Shown: positions 57,358 through 64,000 of the stretch, piece after piece
Position numbering within the stretch: the first letter of the stretch is position 1
Layout: every line of letters starts with the position of its first letter
Sequence record: OR545507.1
Direction: 5' to 3' (one strand)
DNA: 64,000 bases
The notes under the pieces: model-generated
What the model was told of the DNA's origin: nothing
The model's input: only the letters and a program-made list of their open reading frames with translations
Database searches by the model: none
Program-made: the position numbers and the translations under genes

Positions 57358-57960
57358 TTATACCTCAGTATATAGCTTACAATAGCTTTCATCGAAATTA
57401 CAAACACTTCTCAAGTACTGACACAGGTCATTGAAAATATTTACATTTGATATATATACATTATCAAATTCTGTTCGTTGAAAGAATGTATACATAGAAT
57501 TTGTAATATATCGCATTGCATCTTCACGTCCCATAGTTATATCATTTGTGAACATTGCATCTTCATCAGTACTGATGTGTTCTATTTTAAATGATTTCAT
57601 AAATGGAATACTCTTTCCTAGGGCATAACCATCACCATATGATGCTTCTACTGCACCTTTAGAATAAAGGAATTGATATAAGTCCGAATCACGATTATAA
57701 AAAGTACGACATACGGAGGAACATAATTTATTATCTATATGAAATAAAAATCTTTTAGCATTTTTGTCTAATACTATTCGCAATGCATCACTCTCTAGAA
57801 ATATATCACCATCAAGCATAAATGAGAACTGTACTAATGCTTTTTCTAAATCCGCTCGTTTGTGATAAATCATTTCCTGCATATATATAATATCATTTGC
57901 TAATTTCTTAAAAAACAAATGCACATCTGCACTACAACATTTATTTGCATTTATTGACAT
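57358..57960 (-). CDS. family A paralogue (degenerate)
   Basis: TDEDAMFTNDI. Confidence 0.6.
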   Translation of the reverse strand: MSINANKCCSADVHLFFKKLANDIIYMQEMIYHKRADLEKALVQFSFMLDGDIFLESDALRIVLDKNAKRFLFHIDNKLCSSVCRTFYNRDSDLYQFLYSKGAVEASYGDGYALGKSIPFMKSFKIEHISTDEDAMFTNDITMGREDAMRYITNSMYTFFQRTEFDNVYISNVNIFNDLCQYLRSVCNFDESYCKLYTEV

Positions 57961-58511
57961 AATAGTTCCTTATACATATGATGTACTTTACAAATCTCAT
58001 TATAGTATTTCATATCAATGTCATTTGTATTAAAAACGGAAACAGACAATACTGCTAACTTATCAATTAAGTAATTATTATCGGCGTACTGTTTTAACTT
58101 ATTGAACATATAGATGCATTTTATACTTAATTCATCATGCAACACACTGTTCTGAAAAATATTCTCTTCAGTATTAGGAGATAAGTAATCTTCAATTATA
58201 TACGATAAACTACTATCGCAATCTTTATAGATTGAAATTGATGGATGTAATGTGTCATACATTACACTAAACAGATCACCGTCATATGTGGATATTAAAC
58301 TATTATTGGAAACAGTAGGATGATAATATTTCAGTACTGAAAACTTTGAACAATCAGTGCAGTAAAAATGATCCATCCCTCGACGACTTTCGTATGAGAA
58401 TAGTTTACTTGTATATTCAATCCCTTTGGTGCGACGGATTGTTTCATGCATTTCTGCACATTGCATTAAAATTACCATACGTTCAAACGCAAGATCTAAA
58501 TCATCGTACAT
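57951..58511 (-). CDS. family A paralogue
   Basis: TEENIFQNSVLH. Confidence 0.7.
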   Translation of the reverse strand: MYDDLDLAFERMVILMQCAEMHETIRRTKGIEYTSKLFSYESRRGMDHFYCTDCSKFSVLKYYHPTVSNNSLISTYDGDLFSVMYDTLHPSISIYKDCDSSLSYIIEDYLSPNTEENIFQNSVLHDELSIKCIYMFNKLKQYADNNYLIDKLAVLSVSVFNTNDIDMKYYNEICKVHHMYKELLCQ

Positions 58512-58692
58512 AACGGATATCCTTCTTCAACGAATTAATATATTCCAAAATAACTTGTTCCTGATATTGGGTTCCCAAGTACATCAGTACTTTCAACTCT
58601 TTGAATTCAGTACTATATGAGTCTGTTTGCATCATTCTAGTAGAATATATATTGAATAGTTTAGCAATATCATCTTGGTCTATTATTTTCAT
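58501..58692 (-). CDS. small hypothetical protein
   Basis: ORF track; weakly similar to 58670..58888. Confidence 0.55.
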   Translation of the reverse strand: MKIIDQDDIAKLFNIYSTRMMQTDSYSTEFKELKVLMYLGTQYQEQVILEYINSLKKDIRYVR

Positions 58693-58888
58693 TAACCCTC
58701 TTCTGTATTAGTTCCTGTAAGTGCTGAATATAACCCTTCATTGCAACATCCTGTTTGTTAGAGCCAACGAAGAACAAGAGCTTAAAGTCATGGTAATCCA
58801 TTTTTGGTTTAGTAGTGAACCATATGTCCCACACTGCACTCACAGTTCTCATGTATTCAATTCGATTAAATGTTTTTGAATACTTCAT
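58670..58888 (-). CDS. small hypothetical protein
   Basis: ORF track. Confidence 0.55.
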   Translation of the reverse strand: MKYSKTFNRIEYMRTVSAVWDIWFTTKPKMDYHDFKLLFFVGSNKQDVAMKGYIQHLQELIQKRVNENNRPR

Positions 58889-59402
58889 CGATGTTCATTG
58901 CCAATAAGTTAATATACAAATTACTGTTAAATGCTATCTGCAATTCCATATAGAACTGAATGATTGCATAGTCAGGGTCAGTACACGATAGTTGAAAACA
59001 CTGTTCGTCGAATGCATTGTAATTGTACTTAGGGATGTGAATTTCACGCTTCAAATCAGGTTGCCCCCACTTCATCGCGTACACACCAATGTTATTGTTC
59101 TTTTTCCTTTTCTTAAATGTTAATTGTTGAATATTTCCTGCGTTATCCAGGAAAATAGAATTATTCGACACAGGTGCACCAATAGAAAACAATGATGTAT
59201 CAATTACGTGTTTCTCACGTACATCACACTTCTGAAATGCACCTGTACCCTGTAATACACGATGAAAATTGTACTTCTCATTAACAACAGTACTAGGATC
59301 AATTAAACCAGTACTGCATTTTTTGAGTACTGGTACGATGATACGAATCTTTTTTGATAAATCTTGTAATGCATCAAAGTCATTGATGTTAACTTTCATC
59401 AC
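58866..59402 (-). CDS. family A paralogue
   Basis: DEQCFQLSCT. Confidence 0.7.
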   Translation of the reverse strand: MMKVNINDFDALQDLSKKIRIIVPVLKKCSTGLIDPSTVVNEKYNFHRVLQGTGAFQKCDVREKHVIDTSLFSIGAPVSNNSIFLDNAGNIQQLTFKKRKKNNNIGVYAMKWGQPDLKREIHIPKYNYNAFDEQCFQLSCTDPDYAIIQFYMELQIAFNSNLYINLLAMNIDEVFKNI

Positions 59403-59848
59403 TCAAATGTGGCCTCTTCAGTAGTAACAAAATTGATTAGTGTATCCAGTTCAGCAGTGTCAAGATAAAATACATCCAGTACTGATTTCTGATATATTAC
59501 ACTGAATGTGCATAGATTGTCAAGCGTTCCTTGTTCATAAACAGTACTACCCTGGAAGTACCCTTCTTCAGTACTCAGGGATAAAATGTCTGAAATTTTA
59601 AAAGATTCTTCAGTCGCATGTCTTTCTATATTAACTAAATGTCCGTTTCGGTTCAATGAAATATAATCGTATGCTAACTCAATTAGACTATAATTATCCG
59701 CATTAGTGTCAAATAAAGCGACAATTTTTCGTCTCAATCTCTCATCGTGATCATGGTTTTCATCAGCTAAGTATTCAGGATTTTCTTTGAAGAACTGAAC
59801 AACTTTTAGAATATCATTTGCTTTCTTGATTGCACTTTCGTAACTCAT
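59399..59848 (-). CDS. family A paralogue
   Basis: TEEGYFQGSTVY. Confidence 0.7.
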   Translation of the reverse strand: MSYESAIKKANDILKVVQFFKENPEYLADENHDHDERLRRKIVALFDTNADNYSLIELAYDYISLNRNGHLVNIERHATEESFKISDILSLSTEEGYFQGSTVYEQGTLDNLCTFSVIYQKSVLDVFYLDTAELDTLINFVTTEEATFE

Positions 59849-60153
59849 AATAATTCAACCACTCCATCTCTAAAGTACATATAACTACCACCATTGGATA
59901 CCTTGAATTCTATTGTCCCCAATAATATATTATATTTTTTTATTTCACATGTAGTACTGGTAGTGTAAGGCTCACCATCTCCTAAGTACATTGACATATG
60001 ACATAGAACTTTTCTACCTGCATATTTCTCTTCAAACGATTGTTCAAAACTATGCATAATTTGATTTAAAGCTGAAATGTAATTAATAAAGTCAGGTATT
60101 TCTGTCAATGAATTATAAACCGTACAAAGTGAATCAAATTCATTTTTAGTCAT
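59845..60153 (-). CDS. family B paralogue inside the family A array
   Basis: FEEKYAGRKVLC. Confidence 0.6.
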   Translation of the reverse strand: MTKNEFDSLCTVYNSLTEIPDFINYISALNQIMHSFEQSFEEKYAGRKVLCHMSMYLGDGEPYTTSTTCEIKKYNILLGTIEFKVSNGGSYMYFRDGVVELL

Positions 60154-60467
60154 TATATTTCTATCTCAATGTAATCCTGTGTGATTAAGTAATCCCAATG
60201 ATACTTCACCTGCTTTTGTAATTCAATTAACGTAAAGAAGTTGATCGATTTATCCCATACGAGCGATTCCTGGAAAATAAATGATTCATGTTCATCGTAA
60301 TAATCACACTCTAAAAAATCAGGTATATATTCACTATCGTGAATGTATTCAACAAACGAACTAGCTTGGCATTTCTTTACTACTAGTAATAATGAATTAT
60401 CATGATCAAACAGATACAATAAACTAATTTCACCAGGGACGTACTGAACACTGAATAAGTTTTTCAT
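60153..60467 (-). CDS. family A paralogue
   Basis: ESFIFQESLVWD. Confidence 0.7.
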   Translation of the reverse strand: MKNLFSVQYVPGEISLLYLFDHDNSLLLVVKKCQASSFVEYIHDSEYIPDFLECDYYDEHESFIFQESLVWDKSINFFTLIELQKQVKYHWDYLITQDYIEIEI

Positions 60468-60916
60468 TCTATACCTTCTGGATCTTTACGAAGTTCTTCG
60501 AAATCCAAATAAAATCGAGGACAGTTAACACTCTTTAAGTACCACATAATAACTAATGCTTCAAGTACTTCATCATCGTAAACAGTACTGTTTTGGAAGT
60601 AATACTCTTCACTATCCCACGGACCATCCAGTACTTCATAATTCAAAATTAATGGTTTTTTGCGATTAATAAAACGAATGCTACCATTTTCAACATAACT
60701 AATAAATTCTGCATCTCTATTGTATTCAGAAAACGATATAGGACTATTGGAATTCAACCCAAGAATAACCCTTACACCCACGGAGTTATTATACATTTCA
60801 TCTTTGTAGTAGTTGCCGTTCTCGGCTTTGTACACTTCTTTGAACTTTCCTGCCTTTATATCGTCAAAGTATCCATGTAGTTCTTTTGCTTTTTCAAGAG
60901 CACTTTGTAATGACAT
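60464..60916 (-). CDS. family A paralogue (GPW subgroup)
   Basis: VLDGPWDSEEYYFQNSTVY. Confidence 0.75.
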   Translation of the reverse strand: MSLQSALEKAKELHGYFDDIKAGKFKEVYKAENGNYYKDEMYNNSVGVRVILGLNSNSPISFSEYNRDAEFISYVENGSIRFINRKKPLILNYEVLDGPWDSEEYYFQNSTVYDDEVLEALVIMWYLKSVNCPRFYLDFEELRKDPEGIE

Positions 60917-61382
60917 TACCTTCTCCTACAGTATTCTCTACATATTCATAATCAAAATAGAAACTACTGGAGTCAATACTTTTGAAATACCACATAATTA
61001 CAATAACATCTAATTCTTCTTCATTGTACAACGTACTATTCTGGAAGTAATATTCTTCACTATCCCACGGTCCTTCCAGTACTGAATAAGGAATGATAGT
61101 GTCATCAGCATCACTATCTGTGTTGTAGATGGTAATATCTTCATTACGGCAATAACTAATGTACTGATTGTACATATGATATTCACAGTTATCACTGTCA
61201 CCAGTATCAGTGTGCAGTACTAATGTTTCTGCACATATCTCGGACTCGTCATAATCGTCACGGTCTTTTACAAAAAATTCAGTATCAGATGTTTTATATA
61301 CACCTGGTACTGAACCTTCCTGTACCATAATCATGTACTCATGAATCTTCTTTGCTTCTTTCAATGCACTTTGTAATGACAT
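60894..61382 (-). CDS. family A paralogue (GPW subgroup)
   Basis: VLEGPWDSEEYYFQNSTLY. Confidence 0.75.
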   Translation of the reverse strand: MSLQSALKEAKKIHEYMIMVQEGSVPGVYKTSDTEFFVKDRDDYDESEICAETLVLHTDTGDSDNCEYHMYNQYISYCRNEDITIYNTDSDADDTIIPYSVLEGPWDSEEYYFQNSTLYNEEELDVIVIMWYFKSIDSSSFYFDYEYVENTVGEGNVITKCS

Positions 61383-61825
61383 TACAAATCCCCTGTACTT
61401 AAATATTCACATGCTCCCCAGTCAAGAAAGAATGGTTCAAAATTCAATTCCTTAAAGTACCACAACACAACCAAGGAATCAAGAATTTCTTGGTTAAAAA
61501 TGAGACTCTGTTGGAAGTAATACTCTTCAGTACCCCACGGGCCATCAAGTACCCCGAAGTCAACAGGTGTATTTGTTGTGTCAAAAGTAATCTTAGTACC
61601 TGGAATATATACAAAAAAATTAGTATATTGACTACATGAAGAGTACTGTATAGTATTGTCTTTATCCTGTCCCATAAGTAAAATATCATCAGAGTATGTC
61701 TTTATACCTGATAGATAATACTCATCACCAAATGCACTTACTTTATCACCATAGAACCCACTTTTTATGTTATCGTGGAAGTGATGTATTCTGTGTGCTA
61801 GTTCAAGTGCACTTGCTAAACTCAT
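61382..61825 (-). CDS. family A paralogue (GPW subgroup)
   Basis: VLDGPWGTEEYYFQQSLIF. Confidence 0.75.
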   Translation of the reverse strand: MSLASALELAHRIHHFHDNIKSGFYGDKVSAFGDEYYLSGIKTYSDDILLMGQDKDNTIQYSSCSQYTNFFVYIPGTKITFDTTNTPVDFGVLDGPWGTEEYYFQQSLIFNQEILDSLVVLWYFKELNFEPFFLDWGACEYLSTGDL

Positions 61826-62292
61826 ATATCCTCTTTAATAACTCGTAGTAGATCCAAGTCCAAATAGAAGCTAGGACAATCTGTATTATTAAAGTACCAC
61901 AGAATGACAAGCTTGTCAAGTACATCTTCCTCGTAGATAGTATTCTGCTGGAAGTAGTACTCTTCACTTCCCCAGTCATTATCCAGTACTGAATACGGAA
62001 GATGTTTCTCTGCTGCACCAGATATAATGTCAGAATCTTGTATTAAAATATCAGCATCACGACAGAAGTACATGTAATTATCTTCCAAATTAACATCACA
62101 CCCATTGAGTGTTGTTTCAGAAGAATCTAAGTTTTCTTCATACATGTGAATGTACTCACTACTGTCATCGTATCTCATTCGACAATATGATTTACCTTCC
62201 TTGAATAGATATCCATTAAGACAATTTGCTACAATTTCTTTGCTGCATAAATCAATTAACTTCGCAATCTCTAATGCTCTTTCTAAACTCAT
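61822..62292 (-). CDS. family A paralogue (GPW subgroup)
   Basis: VLDNDWGSEEYYFQQNTIY. Confidence 0.75.
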   Translation of the reverse strand: MSLERALEIAKLIDLCSKEIVANCLNGYLFKEGKSYCRMRYDDSSEYIHMYEENLDSSETTLNGCDVNLEDNYMYFCRDADILIQDSDIISGAAEKHLPYSVLDNDWGSEEYYFQQNTIYEEDVLDKLVILWYFNNTDCPSFYLDLDLLRVIKEDI

Positions 62293-62293
62293 T

Positions 62294-62785
62294 TCAACCC
62301 CTGTTAATACCGTTATCTACAGTTTTCTTTACGTATTTGTAATCGAAATAGAAGTTCCCAGAACCAATACTTTTAAAGTACCACATAATTATAATAACAT
62401 CAAGTACTTCATTATCATATACAGTACTTTGTTGGAAGTAATACTCTTCACTATCCCACGGACCTTCCAGTACTTCACTCGGAATTATAATGTCATTGGA
62501 ATCGCTGTCAGTACTGTTGATGGTATCTGTATCATTAATATAGACCATGTACTCATTATGCATATTAATGAAGCATTCATAATCATTAGGGTCGGTATCT
62601 AGTATGCACGTTTCTGTATCCAGTACGCACGTTTCTGTATCTGAGCAGTCATTATAAAGGAGGTTATCCGGTACATAATATTGAGTACTTGTGTCTTTGA
62701 AAACACCGTAAACTGAACCTTCTTTTGCCATATTCATGTACTCATGAATCTTCTTTGCTTTTTCCAATGAACTCTGTAATGTCAT
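62294..62785 (-). CDS. family A paralogue (GPW subgroup)
   Basis: VLEGPWDSEEYYFQQSTVY. Confidence 0.75.
   Translation of the reverse strand: MTLQSSLEKAKKIHEYMNMAKEGSVYGVFKDTSTQYYVPDNLLYNDCSDTETCVLDTETCILDTDPNDYECFINMHNEYMVYINDTDTINSTDSDSNDIIIPSEVLEGPWDSEEYYFQQSTVYDNEVLDVIIIMWYFKSIGSGNFYFDYKYVKKTVDNGINRG
62595..62642. repeat. 21-bp tandem duplication (ETCVLDT/ETCILDT)
   Basis: gtatctagtatgcacgtttct / gtatccagtacgcacgtttct / gtatct. Confidence 0.85.
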
Positions 62786-62794
62786 TTTATAATC

Positions 62795-63154
62795 TCATAT
62801 ATTGAAATAATAATTATTCGTTCTTGATGGGGATGGATTAAATACGTTTTCTTTTTCAAATCTCTTCATTTCATTTTGCAAAGAAACCATTTCTTCAAAT
62901 GTACAGGAGTACTTATTCTTATCAAACACTAATGCAGCCTGAAATAGTTCCCCATCGTCCAGTACTGTATAATCTATAAGACTCTCAGATTCATAGTCAT
63001 AGTCGTCATGTGATACATGAATAAATTTAAAACAAGAATCTTTGTAATGCATATATAAACTCAACTCATGTTCCGAGTCGCCCTTAATAAGATTACAGCA
63101 CAAGTCCCATCCTTTAGGTAACTTATAATAGTACATAGAATAATCATATGTCAT
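62795..63154 (-). CDS. family A paralogue
   Basis: DYTVLDDGELFQAALVFD. Confidence 0.7.
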   Translation of the reverse strand: MTYDYSMYYYKLPKGWDLCCNLIKGDSEHELSLYMHYKDSCFKFIHVSHDDYDYESESLIDYTVLDDGELFQAALVFDKNKYSCTFEEMVSLQNEMKRFEKENVFNPSPSRTNNYYFNI

Positions 63155-63507
63155 TCTTGAATTCCTAAATTGAATTTGTATTCTTGATTAATACTTGCAT
63201 TGGGTTTATGCAAAGCAGCATACTCTTTCATTTCATTTTGTATTGCAATAACTTCTTCAAATGTACACAAGTACTTCTTATCAAATACTAATGATTCTTG
63301 GAATAGTTCTGCGGTATCCATTAATGTATAGTCCGGCATATCTTGGTGTGGATACTGTAATGAACTGTAATCAATGAATGTAAATTTACCCTGAGTGTAA
63401 TGAATATACTCATTTGCACTGTGCATTAAATCACCTTTGTTTAAATTACAAAAGTACTGATAACTGTGCTTGAAAGTATGTACTGATATTAAAAAATCAA
63501 ATTCCAT
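63151..63507 (-). CDS. family A paralogue
   Basis: DYTLMDTAELFQESLVFD. Confidence 0.7.
   Translation of the reverse strand: MEFDFLISVHTFKHSYQYFCNLNKGDLMHSANEYIHYTQGKFTFIDYSSLQYPHQDMPDYTLMDTAELFQESLVFDKKYLCTFEEVIAIQNEMKEYAALHKPNASINQEYKFNLGIQE
63428..63471. repeat. 44-bp direct repeat, copy 1
   Basis: aaatcacctttgtttaaattacaaaagtactgataactgtgctt, identical to 63957-64000. Confidence 0.9.
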
Positions 63508-63878
63508 CAGTACTCAACCTCTACATAAATAGATTCAGGAAACTTAGTCATATAATCTTCTGGATAGTTCTGCATTACTTTGATCATTTCTGCCTGTGTA
63601 GCACGGACGTATTCAATTGGTGCTCCTGGTAAATTCCAGACAGTACTTTCCTGAAAGAATTCCTCTTCTGACAGTACTGTCAGATTTACAAAATCATTAC
63701 GGTAATTTTTTGAATCATCATATGTGAAGATTTTAAAAGACCCATTTTCATATAGTACAAGAACAAAATGGGAGAATTTTTGTAATGCACCACCAAGGCT
63801 TTCCACGACCGCATGATTCAGTGTACAGATGACCTCTTTTTTCCTCATACCGAATTGAATTCTAATTTCTTTTTTCAT
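63507..63878 (-). CDS. family A paralogue
   Basis: TVLSEEEFFQESTVW. Confidence 0.7.
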   Translation of the reverse strand: MKKEIRIQFGMRKKEVICTLNHAVVESLGGALQKFSHFVLVLYENGSFKIFTYDDSKNYRNDFVNLTVLSEEEFFQESTVWNLPGAPIEYVRATQAEMIKVMQNYPEDYMTKFPESIYVEVEY

Positions 63879-64000
63879 AAAATCTCCTTCAGATTAGTAC
63901 TGAATTTGTACAGAATATTAGAACTGTATACAGCCTCTGTATCTGTATCCATAATCAAATCACCTTTGTTTAAATTACAAAAGTACTGATAACTGTGCTT
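63875..64000 (-). CDS. 3' end of a gene that duplicates the 5' part of 63151..63507
   Basis: ...KHSYQYFCNLNKGDLIMDTDTEAVYSSNILYKFSTNLKEIL*, ATGA overlap with the start at 63878. Confidence 0.55.
   Translation of the reverse strand, partial: KHSYQYFCNLNKGDLIMDTDTEAVYSSNILYKFSTNLKEIL
63957..64000. repeat. 44-bp direct repeat, copy 2 (may extend beyond the window)
   Basis: Identical to 63428-63471. Confidence 0.9.

Larger units (their letters stand above)
322..63987. repeat. dispersed, highly iterated palindrome AGTACT / CAGTACTG
   Basis: About 200 AGTACT and about 54 CAGTACTG by manual count across the window. Confidence 0.9.

Noticed and set aside
1146-62602. Plus-strand and nested ORFs in the track (e.g. 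1146, 8116, 21129, 28840, 62150)
   Set aside because: They are antisense shadows of well-supported minus-strand genes, with no RBS or motifs.
1-64000. AGTACT repeats as a CRISPR array or minisatellite
   Set aside because: The unit is only 6-8 bp, spacing is irregular and most copies lie inside coding sequence.
1-64000. Stop-codon reassignment
   Set aside because: Standard-code ORFs tile the minus strand densely and known enzymes are full length.

Overview
A 64-kb, AT-rich (about one-third GC by eye) segment of a large lytic dsDNA phage genome. It is most consistent with a T4-related jumbo myophage of the RaK2/GAP32/121Q type; that is an inference from gene content, not a database match. Almost every gene is on the minus strand. 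Positions 1-43 kb mix nucleotide-metabolism, repair and host-takeover genes with small hypothetical ORFs. Recognisable genes include nrdG, nrdD, two deaminases, PIN-PhoH, Nudix, Sir2, an HslV-like and two ClpP-like proteases, two metallophosphoesterases, DNA ligase, PseT, RNA ligase 1, a cytidylyltransferase-like protein and an N6-adenine methyltransferase. Four things stand out. (1) The palindrome AGTACT occurs about 200 times and CAGTACTG about 54 times by manual count, in all reading frames and in intergenic DNA, far above chance. (2) A ~19-kb tandem array holds ~38 diverged paralogues sharing an acidic E-E-x-x-F-Q-x-S-[TL] module. (3) A second family of small paralogues is spread over 24-37 kb. 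(4) A ~600-nt GC-richer, hairpin-rich, apparently non-coding region lies at 40.3-41.0 kb. No tRNA, rRNA, CRISPR array, integrase or transposase was seen. All counts and family assignments were made by eye.
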